64,000 bases of DNA from Minisyncoccota bacterium (lineage in GTDB: Bacteria; Patescibacteriota; Minisyncoccia; Phycocordibacterales; PALSA-1337), in the NCBI GenBank assembly GCA_028713005.1, contig JAQTPC010000003.1, positions 13,022 to 77,021 of the forward strand. The letters run 5' to 3'. Shown in pieces: positions 38,345 through 47,297 of the stretch. Position 1 is the stretch's first letter, and the number at the start of each line of letters is the position of its first letter. Made by a program: the position numbers and the translations under genes. The notes under the pieces are model-generated. The model saw nothing but the letters and a program-made list of their open reading frames with translations. It had not been told where the DNA came from and did not search any database.

Positions 38345-39154
38345 CTACATGCACTGATAGTAACGTGCGTAGTCACCATTTATCATACGTACCCATTTTG
38401 AACCATCCCAACGGTACTTATAGTTTTCTGGAGAACCCATACCATTTGTATGAGATGAACCATTTATATACTGGTGATTTGGAACTGCCTTACACCATTG
38501 TGTCGCTGATACATCATCATTAGCGGGAGCAAGTCCAGCGTCCCACATTGAACTATATATACGTGGATTGTAGTACGTCGAGTAATCAGGCTGAAGATCC
38601 CAACTGACAGACGCAAACTCTGCGAGTGGAATTAATGCCGGTGAGGGATTCTCGAGATTTACGGTGTAACTTGGTCCATCGACTTTTGTATTGCCGTACA
38701 TAACTCCAACGGTGAAGATGCCTGATCCGAGATATGGAACCAATACATCAATCTGATTTGGACTCAAAGAAACTGTTTGGGCTGTTTTAAAGAAATCTTG
38801 ACCAGTAACTGTTTTGATAAAGAAATACACGACTGTACCTGGAACAAAACCACTTCCCCGAACAGTGAGGGGCGTATTTTCTTTACTCAATCCTGTTGTT
38901 GAAGATATAGAGTCGACAGTCATGTGAGGTGCAGGAGCTGATTGTTGCTGTACTACGGCAGTTGGATACTGATACCCCTGATAATATCCCCTTTGTGCTT
39001 GTTGAGATGAAACATTCTGTGTTGTGATTGGAGTAGGCATGAGAAGCGCATTCTTTCTCACATTCTTTTGATGAACATAGATGAGAGGTAACAATACTGC
39101 CAATATGACACCTACCACACTAAAGAATATGATGACGGTGCGGTTTGGATTCAT
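38345..39154 (-). CDS. Hypothetical membrane-anchored extracellular protein
   Basis: 269 aa; N-terminal TM. Confidence 0.45.
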   Translation of the reverse strand: MNPNRTVIIFFSVVGVILAVLLPLIYVHQKNVRKNALLMPTPITTQNVSSQQAQRGYYQGYQYPTAVVQQQSAPAPHMTVDSISSTTGLSKENTPLTVRGSGFVPGTVVYFFIKTVTGQDFFKTAQTVSLSPNQIDVLVPYLGSGIFTVGVMYGNTKVDGPSYTVNLENPSPALIPLAEFASVSWDLQPDYSTYYNPRIYSSMWDAGLAPANDDVSATQWCKAVPNHQYINGSSHTNGMGSPENYKYRWDGSKWVRMINGDYARYYQCM

Positions 39155-39160
39155 GTGTTT

Positions 39161-39724
39161 TTAGAAAAGAAAAGCTGAAAAGAAGAAGTAGATACCAGCA
39201 AGAACAAGCAAAACTATGAGCGGGCCAGGTGAATTGACGTCCTTTTTGTGAAGAATTGGACTATTTTCACGATCGAGACAGGTGAGCACTATGAGGAATG
39301 AGCTGAAGGCAAGGATAGCTACTGAACCGAGTGACTTGTAGAGTACGCTATGATCACTAAATGCATCCCAGATGGTAAGTACGCCGAGGATAGCGAGAAT
39401 AGATAAAGAGATAATAAGAACAGTGAGAATGATCTGACGAATACTTCTGAAAGATGGGTCTGGTGCCTGTGGGACGGGGATCACTCCTTCTTGCTGATGA
39501 TTGAGGAATTTTCCTGCAACGATAATGATAATGGAAACGATAGCGAGCAAACCGAGTGTCTGAGTCGACTTCAAGATCACATCTCCACCAAATACGTTCC
39601 AAACACCGAGAACTGAGATACCTGTCAGGATAATAATAGCGCCAATAAAGATAAAGGCGGTTATGTTTTGAATGTTTTTCATATGGGTCAAGTATACCAA
39701 AATTTTAGTTAAAAAAATCCCCAC
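39161..39724 (-). CDS. Hypothetical integral membrane protein
   Basis: 187 aa; ~5 TM segments. Confidence 0.45.
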   Translation of the reverse strand: MGIFLTKILVYLTHMKNIQNITAFIFIGAIIILTGISVLGVWNVFGGDVILKSTQTLGLLAIVSIIIIVAGKFLNHQQEGVIPVPQAPDPSFRSIRQIILTVLIISLSILAILGVLTIWDAFSDHSVLYKSLGSVAILAFSSFLIVLTCLDRENSPILHKKDVNSPGPLIVLLVLAGIYFFFSAFLF

Positions 39725-39762
39725 ACATGGTGCGGGGATTAAATTGTCTGCACTAATTACTT

Positions 39763-40344
39763 TTACCTCCCGAAAATAAAAAGAGTGTCGGGTGGTAATG
39801 TTGGAACTACTTTAGAATACACGTCCCAACCAAGCAATGTCGGTTTACCGAGGAAGTGATCGAATCTAAACACTGTCTGCCTTTCCTGTTTTTTTTCAAG
39901 TGAGACAGAAACACTAACAGATGCAACAAAAAACGAAAGCTCTTCAGTCAGTTCGCCTGTTTGTATCATTAGTTGTGGTCCAGCCTCCAGAGGAAGCATT
40001 TTCAGACCAAACAAAGGAGTTTGTGCTGTCAAAAGGACTTCATGATACATCGGCCAGTTCATGTATTCTTTCTTAAATCCGAGCTCGCCTATTGGAATTG
40101 CCACAAGTTCAATCTCGGTCTCCACCGGACTGATCATAGCTGCAAACTCCTGACACTGAAGCACGGCACTTGCCCACTGCTCACATTCTTTACCTGATTT
40201 TTTGATAGCTGATTGAAAGTCATCAGCCGTTTTTAAACCTGTCCCCACTTTTATTTTATGAGGAATAAGATTTGCGTATGTTTTTTGTTTTTTCATTTTA
40301 TTCAATGATTTGAATTTCGTCCCTTTGGGGGAAGAAAACAACAA
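39763..40344 (-). CDS. Hypothetical protein
   Basis: 193 aa; no motif recognised. Confidence 0.45.
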   Translation of the reverse strand: MLFSSPKGTKFKSLNKMKKQKTYANLIPHKIKVGTGLKTADDFQSAIKKSGKECEQWASAVLQCQEFAAMISPVETEIELVAIPIGELGFKKEYMNWPMYHEVLLTAQTPLFGLKMLPLEAGPQLMIQTGELTEELSFFVASVSVSVSLEKKQERQTVFRFDHFLGKPTLLGWDVYSKVVPTLPPDTLFIFGR

Positions 40345-40514
40345 AAAATATCGCTACAGGCGATACATCTTCCAGGTTTCAAAGGGCTCTTATTTTATAT
40401 AATAACATGAAATATGGATAAAAGCAATAGTACAAAACTGTCGTGTTTATTTGAATAAATCTAATTTATGTGGTAATTTCCAACTAGAACAATAACAAAG
40501 AAAGGAGGCCTGCA

Positions 40515-40952
40515 ATGGTCTACACAACTAAATCTATCAAAAACCTATTCAATGGTGAGCCCTTTACGCTCGATGTTCCCCCTGAAAAGATGGCTCGCTT
40601 TGAAAAAGCGATGAAATACGCCGAGTCAGGTGGGCACATGTTCCATACCAAAGAAGCGTTCATCCGAATGTGGGAACTGTCACTCTTTCCGTCTTACCAG
40701 GAACTACTCAAAATCTGGTTTGACAATGGATACACCCCCGAGCTCATGGCACAAATCCTCAGAGATTTTGGGATCCCTAATGACTTTGCCCAAAAACTTC
40801 TCGAAGATGAAAGATTCATCGAAGGACTGAGGGGCTGGTTCGAAGGTATCACCTGCGACGGCGAGAGGGCATCAAGAACCCTAGGATGTGTCTATGACGC
40901 TATTGCCGGACACTTCTCAGTCAAGGAACATGCTTCGACGTGGATACACTAA
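40515..40952 (+). CDS. Hypothetical protein
   Basis: 145 aa; SD AAAGGAGG upstream; strong terminator downstream. Confidence 0.55.
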   Translation: MVYTTKSIKNLFNGEPFTLDVPPEKMARFEKAMKYAESGGHMFHTKEAFIRMWELSLFPSYQELLKIWFDNGYTPELMAQILRDFGIPNDFAQKLLEDERFIEGLRGWFEGITCDGERASRTLGCVYDAIAGHFSVKEHASTWIH

Positions 40953-40958
40953 ACGCAA

Positions 40959-41000
40959 CACCCGCAAAACCATTATTGGTCTTGCGGGTGTTTTTATTTT
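40959..41000 (+). terminator. Intrinsic terminator (acacccgcaa / ttgcgggtgt, 10-bp stem + T5)
   Basis: Perfect 10-bp stem, 14-nt loop, TTTTTATTTT. Confidence 0.65.
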
Positions 41001-41068
41001 GCTTCGTGGGTCACTGTCCGATGATTAACACAAATTGCCACGAAGCAGGTATTTTCTGAGTAAGAACA

Positions 41069-41581
41069 CTACTCTTCATCTGGCACAAAATACAGCGCCA
41101 CGGAATTCATACAGAACCTCTTGCCTGTTGGCTGTGGTCCATCGTCAAAGACGTGTCCGAGGTGAGAGCCGCAGGTATCAAGCACTTCTACCCTGTCATC
41201 GAGCAAGTTCGTCTCCTTACGAAGCACAAGTGCATCAGGCGATATGGGAGCCCAGAAACTCGGCCAACCAGTACCTGAATCATACTTCTGTTCTGACCTG
41301 AAAATCGGCTTATCACAACCAACGCTGTAATATGTTCCTTTTCGTTTCTCATGATTGAGCGCTCCCGTGAAAGGCTGCTCCGTTCCCGCCTCTCTTAGAA
41401 CGTGATACTGCTCAGGCGTTAGAATTTCCCTCCAGTGATCCATTGCAACGCTCCTATTTGAGATTTCTTTTTGTCTGACAGTTCTGTTGTGTATATACAA
41501 AAAACTACCGCCAACAAGCAAGAGTAAAAGGATTGTAACGAACGTTTTCTTATAAGCGAAACGCTGCTGAGAATGATCCAT
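41069..41581 (-). CDS. msrB: Peptide methionine-(R)-S-oxide reductase MsrB, membrane-anchored
   Basis: 170 aa; N-terminal TM; MsrB motifs GTGWPSF and HLGHVFDDGP, catalytic RFCMNS. Confidence 0.85.
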   Translation of the reverse strand: MDHSQQRFAYKKTFVTILLLLLVGGSFLYIHNRTVRQKEISNRSVAMDHWREILTPEQYHVLREAGTEQPFTGALNHEKRKGTYYSVGCDKPIFRSEQKYDSGTGWPSFWAPISPDALVLRKETNLLDDRVEVLDTCGSHLGHVFDDGPQPTGKRFCMNSVALYFVPDEE

Positions 41582-41589
41582 GATTATGA

Positions 41590-43374
41590 TTATCCAAACG
41601 TAAAGGTAAATGCGCTCAACCCGGCTTTTGGCACCACGATCTTAAGCGTATGCTTTCCATAATCTGTATCTTGAATAAGCGGATACAGCGTCTCGTCTTT
41701 GACATTTACTTTCTTTACGAAGGCGCCATCTTTATAGATTTCAATCTCGACGCCCTGTACTGATCCTGCAGTGATGTAAACATTCTTTGCCTCATAATTG
41801 AAAATGATACTTCCTGCGCTTTTACTTTCTGCATACTCAGTAGTCATGCTCCAGGTTCCTCCGAGATAAAGCATATTGGGCACTACCGTTGCAGGGATTG
41901 AAAGGGTTTGTTCACCTGCAAGCCTCGAAATGCCGTTCGCAAGGTATATATTTCGTGCTGAGCCAAAATACGTCTCAGGACTTTTGACTTTGCTTGAATC
42001 AACCGAAACAACATCAAGCGGCTTGCTTGTAGTTGTAGACACCTTGTCTTCCATGCCCATGCGAGCTGCGCGTTCTTTGAGAGCATTTTGAATGGCTTTT
42101 TCTGTTTCATCATACGACCCTTCACCGATATGGTCATAGACTATGTATCCGTCGATATCGACGAGATATTTACGTGGCCAAAACTGATTGCCAAGCGCAT
42201 TCCATGTTGAGTAATCATTATCAAGCACGACTGGATACTTGATACCAAATTTTTCCACGGCTGTTTCAACATTTGACTGCAACTTTTCAAAGGCGAATTC
42301 GGGAGTATGAAGTCCGACAACAACAAGTCCTTGATCCTTATATTTGGCATACCATTCGTTTACGTACGGCAGTGTTCTCTGGCAGTTGATGCAGCTATAC
42401 GTCCAGATATCGAGAAGCACCACCTTCCCTTTGAGCTCCGCAAGCGTGATCGGCTTTCCGTCTGTATTGATGTAACCGTCGATCGTGCTGAGTTCAGGAA
42501 CTTTTTTATACATCGACTGTTTTTGTTGCATGCTGAGATATATGCCTGAATCTTTTTCTACCACGCTTTGTTTTGAAGGCGCATCCTGCGTCGCAGCATT
42601 GTTTTGCAAAAGTTTCTGCTCGATTTGAGTAACATCAAAGAAACCTGACTCAAGAAGAAACAGCTGGGTTTTCTTGTCCAATCCGCCGATGATAGCGATA
42701 CCGACGATAAGGAAGATGATACCGAGGGTTTTTTTGAACCACCCCTTTGGATCAGCTACAACACCGAGCTTATCCATGATCTTTTGTCCAACAATCGATA
42801 CGATGAAGAGCGAGAGGCATAAGCCGATGGTATAGGCGAACAAGTAGGTAAGCCCGAGAAAAAAGTTGACCGGCAACACTGTTGCCAAGACAATGAAGTA
42901 TGTAGGGCTGCATGTCGAGAATACGGGACCAAGCGATGCGCCGATGATTACATCCCCCATTACATTTTTCTTCTGATACCCCTTACCCATCAACATATTT
43001 GATTTGGCACTGAGTCGTGCAAGAAACTTACTTTCCCAAAGAGAAGGAAAAAGAGTGACCAAACCAAAAAATATTATTATTCCCCCCGAAATCCACTTCC
43101 AAACATATTCGGGAATATCGATAAAGAGCGTGCTCGCCTTGAGAAGTAGGGTGAATAGAATAACTGAAATACCGAGCGAAAGAATAATTGTAAAGGCTTT
43201 TCTTTTATTAAATCCACTCGTTCCCTCACCTGAAAGTGTTCCACCTACGATTACGGGAAGAAGCGGCAAAATACAGGGCGCAAGCACGGTAAGAACACCC
43301 GCAACAAATGAGATGAAAAGGAGAAACATATTATTGTACTTGAGATACGATCGCAGAGAGTGTTGGGCTCGCAC
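41590..43374 (-). CDS. Thiol:disulfide interchange fusion protein (CcdA/DsbD-like TM domain + TlpA-like thioredoxin domain + C-terminal beta domain)
   Basis: 594 aa; N-terminal CcdA-type Cys (LAPCILPLLP), thioredoxin WTYSCINCQ (CXXC). Confidence 0.7.
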   Translation of the reverse strand: MRAQHSLRSYLKYNNMFLLFISFVAGVLTVLAPCILPLLPVIVGGTLSGEGTSGFNKRKAFTIILSLGISVILFTLLLKASTLFIDIPEYVWKWISGGIIIFFGLVTLFPSLWESKFLARLSAKSNMLMGKGYQKKNVMGDVIIGASLGPVFSTCSPTYFIVLATVLPVNFFLGLTYLFAYTIGLCLSLFIVSIVGQKIMDKLGVVADPKGWFKKTLGIIFLIVGIAIIGGLDKKTQLFLLESGFFDVTQIEQKLLQNNAATQDAPSKQSVVEKDSGIYLSMQQKQSMYKKVPELSTIDGYINTDGKPITLAELKGKVVLLDIWTYSCINCQRTLPYVNEWYAKYKDQGLVVVGLHTPEFAFEKLQSNVETAVEKFGIKYPVVLDNDYSTWNALGNQFWPRKYLVDIDGYIVYDHIGEGSYDETEKAIQNALKERAARMGMEDKVSTTTSKPLDVVSVDSSKVKSPETYFGSARNIYLANGISRLAGEQTLSIPATVVPNMLYLGGTWSMTTEYAESKSAGSIIFNYEAKNVYITAGSVQGVEIEIYKDGAFVKKVNVKDETLYPLIQDTDYGKHTLKIVVPKAGLSAFTFTFG

Positions 43375-43807
43375 TCCATTTTTTAATTAGGTTTCCATCT
43401 TTATCTACCTGCACAAAGGTATGCTGATACGTAACCCCATACTTTTGTTTGAGCGCGGTTGAATCATCATAATTCACATCGAGAATAGAGAGACTTGAGG
43501 GAATCTTCGAAAGGTTTACTTTGATATCAGCGTCAACTGCTCGACAGGTCGGACACCATCCTGCTCGGAAAAAGAGAACTACATCGTGAGTGCTTGATGC
43601 GAGCATCACCTTTTCTGGTGCGTATGCCTCGTATGAGCCGACCTTCATCATAGTGTCACTTTTCGTTGTATCGGCTTTCATCATGGTAGTATCCTCAACC
43701 TTATTCTGTATCATTGCATCATCCTTATTACTCATCGATACATATACCCCGATGATAATCACAACCACTCCTATGATCCCAAAAATAATTCCTGTAGTTT
43801 TTTTCAT
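43331..43807 (-). CDS. Membrane-anchored thioredoxin-family protein
   Basis: 158 aa; N-terminal TM; FRAGWCPTC active site. Confidence 0.7.
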   Translation of the reverse strand: MKKTTGIIFGIIGVVVIIIGVYVSMSNKDDAMIQNKVEDTTMMKADTTKSDTMMKVGSYEAYAPEKVMLASSTHDVVLFFRAGWCPTCRAVDADIKVNLSKIPSSLSILDVNYDDSTALKQKYGVTYQHTFVQVDKDGNLIKKWSASPTLSAIVSQVQ

Positions 43808-43846
43808 ATAATTATGCGATCTATTAATTTATATAATGTACTTATT

Positions 43847-43883
43847 ATATACAATACAAAATAGCATGTAAAGTCTACTTTAC
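43847..43883. terminator. AT-rich perfect 17-bp inverted repeat (aaaatagcatgtaaagt/actttacatgctatttt): bidirectional terminator and/or operator
   Basis: Perfect IR with 2-nt spacer, A/T tracts on both sides; shares the 9-mer ATGTAAAGT with the XRE-gene promoter region. Confidence 0.45.
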
Positions 43884-43918
43884 ATGCTATTTTGGCCTAC
43901 AGTTGAAAATTCTCACTA

Positions 43919-44293
43919 TTAAAGGTTTTTATCGCTCCAGATGCGGGTCCCAATCTTGGTCACCACCATCACAATGAGCGCCACTACTAGCCACTCATCG
44001 ACTGCATGAGAATAACCTTGAACCATAATGCCGAAAATAAGGATGGCTGATCCTGCAAGGAACGCATTGCGACCGGCGAGAGTCCGATGCTGATCGTCTC
44101 GTTCATCAATAGTTTTTTCTCTTAAGATAAAGCTAGCGAATACAGCAAAGAGAACGAGAATAGCCGCAAGCATACTCATCACCATCATATCTGGCATCCA
44201 AAAATGAAAAGGATTCAAAAGCAATATCGCTGTGACGATAAGGCCGAGGGTAACGATTGATTCGCCGATTATTTCTTTTAGATTATTTTTCAT
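43919..44293 (-). CDS. Small membrane protein downstream of XRE regulator (start trimmed to MKNNLKEII)
   Basis: ~124 aa, 3-4 TM; typical HTH + membrane-protein two-gene pair. Confidence 0.45.
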   Translation of the reverse strand: MKNNLKEIIGESIVTLGLIVTAILLLNPFHFWMPDMMVMSMLAAILVLFAVFASFILREKTIDERDDQHRTLAGRNAFLAGSAILIFGIMVQGYSHAVDEWLVVALIVMVVTKIGTRIWSDKNL

Positions 44294-44495
44294 AGGTGAT
44301 TTTAAATATTTTATCAACAGACAGTTCAAAAAAACCAGCAATCTTAAGGGCGAGCAAGATTGATGGGGTGTAATTGCCCTTTTCAAGAGCAATGATGGTC
44401 TGACGGCTGACATTAACTTTCGCCGCCAAATCTTCTTGTGTTACACCGCTTTCTACGCGAAGCTTACTGACTTCATTTTTAATATATTCTCTCAT
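44283..44495 (-). CDS. XRE-family (Cro/CI-type) helix-turn-helix transcriptional regulator
   Basis: 70 aa; HTH motif [23 protein letters not shown]. Confidence 0.8.
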   Translation of the reverse strand: MREYIKNEVSKLRVESGVTQEDLAAKVNVSRQTIIALEKGNYTPSILLALKIAGFFELSVDKIFKITYEK

Positions 44496-44584
44496 ATTTT
44501 TGTATCACTCGGATTATATAGTGCGACATAAAGAATGTAAAGTTATCTTTACTTATAGAAGTTTGGTTGCAATCTTATTTTATT

Positions 44585-44720
44585 GGGGTGGCTAGAGAGA
44601 ATCGAGTCCTACAGACTCAGTACAGGTTTCCCATTTTCTCAGAGCGAAGCTCTTCGAAAATATGGGAGAACCTTTTCGATTCTCTCACGCAAGCAAAATT
44701 GTTTGCTTGCTTAGCCACCC
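44585..44720 (-). ncRNA. tRNA-His-linked structured element A (tRNA-mimicking ends, ~136 nt) lying 3' of tRNA-His
   Basis: 20-nt direct repeat of tRNA-His 3' end (gggtggctagagagaatcga); termini reproduce acceptor strands (GGTGGCTA/TAGCCACC) and T-arm half (TCGATTCTCTC); internal hairpins incl. UUCG tetraloop; homologous to element at 56535-56680. Confidence 0.4.
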
Positions 44721-44758
44721 ACAAATGAAAAAGCCCGCATACGCGGGTTTTTCTCGTG

Positions 44759-44830
44759 GGTGGCTAGAGAGAATCGAACTCTCGATATCGGCTCCACAAA
44801 CCGAAGTTTTACCACTAAACTATAGCCACC
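44759..44830 (-). tRNA. tRNA-His (GTG) with encoded G-1
   Basis: Manual cloverleaf: G-1, acceptor GTGGCTA/TAGCCAC, D GTTT/AAAC, anticodon stem TCGGT/GCCGA loop TTGTGGA, T GAGAG-TTCGATT-CTCTC, discriminator C. Confidence 0.8.
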
Positions 44831-44857
44831 ATATTGCGAATCTATTCCCCGCCTCAA

Positions 44858-45415
44858 TTACTTATAACTTGGGGGTTGCTCAGTTATACCAGATTTATGG
44901 TTAGTAAGTCTAGCTAAAGCATAGAACAACGAAGAAAGTCGATTAAGGAATGCGAGCGTAGCAGGATCCAAAACGAACTCTCCCTTCTCTCCTCCAGCGA
45001 CCACACGACGCTCGGCTTTACGTGCAAGCGTGCGAGAAACATCAAACAACGCCGCAAGTTCAGTACCCCCTGAGATGAAAAATGTTTTTATGGGTGGTAA
45101 TTCTTTTTCAACCCAATCGATCCACTGCTCCATTTGAGTTACCTTACCCTGCCCTACCTTCATCTCTGCTCCAGCTACTTCTGCCTGGACAGTGAAAAGA
45201 TTGTTCTGAACCCAAAAGACAATATCAAATGGTTTTACTCCATCAACGGCCCAACCTGCTTCAACTGATTTCAATTTTGCTAGACCAAGAAATGCGCCAA
45301 GCTCATCGAGAGCACCGAGCGCTTCTGTCTGACAGGAACTTTTTGATTTACGTTCTCCTGGCTTGGATTTAAAATCCTTTGTCGTGCCAGCATCGCCTTT
45401 GCGGGTATAGAGCAT
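44858..45415 (-). CDS. PduO-type ATP:cob(I)alamin adenosyltransferase (MMAB family)
   Basis: 185 aa; N-terminus YTRKGDAGTT...E.LGALDEL typical of PduO/EutT-like adenosyltransferases. Confidence 0.7.
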   Translation of the reverse strand: MLYTRKGDAGTTKDFKSKPGERKSKSSCQTEALGALDELGAFLGLAKLKSVEAGWAVDGVKPFDIVFWVQNNLFTVQAEVAGAEMKVGQGKVTQMEQWIDWVEKELPPIKTFFISGGTELAALFDVSRTLARKAERRVVAGGEKGEFVLDPATLAFLNRLSSLFYALARLTNHKSGITEQPPSYK

Positions 45416-45422
45416 GGTTTAA

Positions 45423-46082
45423 TTATATTAAAGAAATATATTTCATCGGATCTGGAAACCTTTTCTTGTTTTGTTCAATCTTATTTGGAGAACCGTATCC
45501 ATCTAGATTTGCCCACGAATTATTTTGATTTAACTCATTGAAATACTCGGTTGAAATCGTTTGTACGTGTAGATGAGGAAACCAGTTGCCATTATAAGGA
45601 GCTTTTCCTACACTTGCAAAGATAGTATTTTTTTTAAGAAAATCTCCAACTTTACAACCAATTTCTCTGTCGAGATGTGCGTAGACGACATAAATGTCAC
45701 TTTCCATATTTCTTAATATAACTCGTGGGCCCCAGCCTCCCTGCTCAGGATAGTCATCATCGATTCGAACAACCTCAGCACTAAAATCTGTCGCCACTTT
45801 TGTGCCTGGTGGCACATTAAGATCTACACCAAGATGTATATATGCCCTATCCTTATCAAGATAGCTTCCATGCCAAAGGAAACTACGATCCTCCATCCAT
45901 CCACCATATGAAAAAACCACATCATATTTTTTATGAACATCGTCAACCATTTCTTGGCAAATTGCAGGATCAAGAAGAGGATGATCTGTACTTGGAAAAA
46001 TCTTACCCTTGATCCAATCAATTGCCTCTGCATTGAGATTTACGCATTTAGTATTTATATTTTTGAGTTCAGGAAAAATCAT
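45423..46082 (-). CDS. M23-family metalloendopeptidase (peptidoglycan DD-endopeptidase-like)
   Basis: 219 aa; HxxxD (HLGVD) and HLH zinc-ligand motifs. Confidence 0.7.
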   Translation of the reverse strand: MIFPELKNINTKCVNLNAEAIDWIKGKIFPSTDHPLLDPAICQEMVDDVHKKYDVVFSYGGWMEDRSFLWHGSYLDKDRAYIHLGVDLNVPPGTKVATDFSAEVVRIDDDYPEQGGWGPRVILRNMESDIYVVYAHLDREIGCKVGDFLKKNTIFASVGKAPYNGNWFPHLHVQTISTEYFNELNQNNSWANLDGYGSPNKIEQNKKRFPDPMKYISLI

Positions 46083-46151
46083 ACACTAATTATAACAGGC
46101 GCACAGGCGCCTTGTATCCCAAATTACCTATTGTAACTAAACTAAACAATG

Positions 46152-46235
46152 TGCGCGGGAGAAGACTCGAACTTCCATGCCCAAATGGGCGCTACCACCT
46201 CAAGGTAGTGCGTCTACCAATTTCGCCACCCGCGC
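46152..46235 (-). tRNA. tRNA-Leu (GAG), long variable arm
   Basis: Manual cloverleaf: acceptor GCGCGGG/CCCGCGC, anticodon stem CTACC/GGTAG loop TTGAGGT, variable arm CGCCCATTTGGGCAT, T-loop TTCGAGT. Confidence 0.85.
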
Positions 46236-46262
46236 GAATTTTGCACTGCAAAATTCGGATCG
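46236..46262 (-). promoter_or_regulatory. Palindrome (gaattttgca-c-tgcaaaattc) plus GATCCGAATT motif immediately upstream of tRNA-Leu
   Basis: 10-bp perfect IR abutting the tRNA 5' end; 15-mer cttt[ct]gatccgaatt is shared with the tRNA-Val upstream region. Confidence 0.4.
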
Positions 46263-46364
46263 AAAGACTTATTTTTTGGCAAAGCCCGGAAATAAGTTTT
46301 CGACCAGAACTTCTTTACTTACAAGGAACCTGCACACTATAGCTGAAACGAAGCTATTTATCAA

Positions 46365-46402
46365 TAAAAAAGAGGGTTATTGCACCCTCTGTGAAAAAAA
46401 AC
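46365..46402. terminator. Bidirectional intrinsic terminator (agagggt tattgc accctct flanked by A7/T8)
   Basis: 7-bp stem with A-tracts on both sides. Confidence 0.6.
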
Positions 46403-46415
46403 ATGAGTTACCCCA

Positions 46416-46646
46416 TCAACAAGAGTGAAAACCCAAACCAGGCAAATTACCCTCGCCTTGAAACAAATCTTGGAACTCTTCGTGTGGAAGAACGATAGGT
46501 TTTGACAACTCTTCTTGACGCATTGGTTCAATTGCAGCAATAAGTTCTTTGACGCCACCTAAGGCGCCGCAATCTTCAGGCGAGACGTCCGATCCGCAAC
46601 GATGCGCAAGTATACACTTGGCACATATTGGTGATGTAGCATTCAT
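46416..46646 (-). CDS. Small cysteine-rich hypothetical protein
   Basis: 76 aa; CAKC...C...C pattern; followed by terminator. Confidence 0.4.
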   Translation of the reverse strand: MNATSPICAKCILAHRCGSDVSPEDCGALGGVKELIAAIEPMRQEELSKPIVLPHEEFQDLFQGEGNLPGLGFHSC

Positions 46647-46692
46647 AGTTTTTAAATAACCGCAGGTTTAATGTAACTATAGACCTCCCCCA

Positions 46693-46728
46693 ATACAAAA
46701 ACAAGTCACCAAAGTGACTTGTTTTGAT
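46693..46728. terminator. Bidirectional terminator after rplS (acaagtcac caaa gtgacttgt)
   Basis: 9-bp perfect stem flanked by A/T tracts. Confidence 0.6.
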
Positions 46729-46741
46729 ATTGAAAGTGAGA

Positions 46742-47200
46742 CTATTTTGCTTCCGCAACAACCTCTTCTTTTTCTCCAACCTTTGTTCCCTTCTTGACGA
46801 CATCTGTGGCAATGACTTCATCTGGGTATTTGGTATCCATAACCTTACGCATCTTCTTGCGAATCTCCTTTGCAGCCTGTTCACGAACGAAGTAGAGCTT
46901 TGCACGGCGAACCTTTGAACGACGGACGAGCTCAATCTCATCGATCATTGGTGAGTAGAGTGGAAAAATACGCTCTACACCGATACCGTCGATAACCTTG
47001 CGAACAGTGAAAGTAGCACCTGACTCACTGCCGTGCTTGTGTGACAAAACGAGACCTTCAAAAGCCTGGAGACGGAACTTACCCTTTGTTTCCTCAATCT
47101 TCTGCCAGACGCGGACGAGATCACCAGCGTGAATGTCGAGATTCTTGCGCGCTTCTGCGTTGATTGGGGTAACTATCTTAGTTGTTGCCTTGATTGACAT
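46742..47200 (-). CDS. rplS: 50S ribosomal protein L19 with C-terminal extension
   Basis: 152 aa; L19 core GDLVRVWQKIEETKGKFRLQAFEGLVLSHKHG. Confidence 0.9.
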   Translation of the reverse strand: MSIKATTKIVTPINAEARKNLDIHAGDLVRVWQKIEETKGKFRLQAFEGLVLSHKHGSESGATFTVRKVIDGIGVERIFPLYSPMIDEIELVRRSKVRRAKLYFVREQAAKEIRKKMRKVMDTKYPDEVIATDVVKKGTKVGEKEEVVAEAK

Positions 47201-47254
47201 AGTGGAAAGAGCTTATCATATGGATAATAAATAATCAAGAATACAGCTCAATCT

Positions 47255-47285
47255 AAGACAGAAAAAGCCAGATCTGTCTGTCTGG
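47255..47285 (-). terminator. Intrinsic terminator (gccaga cagatc tggc + T5) after the 47298-47579 gene
   Basis: Hairpin followed by TTTTTCTGTC on minus strand. Confidence 0.5.
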
Positions 47286-47297
47286 CTTGAAACTAAA

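Noticed and set aside
41035-41301. Plus-strand 88-aa ORF overlapping msrB
   Set aside because: Antisense to a strongly supported msrB with conserved catalytic motifs; Arg/Ser-rich low-complexity translation; spurious.
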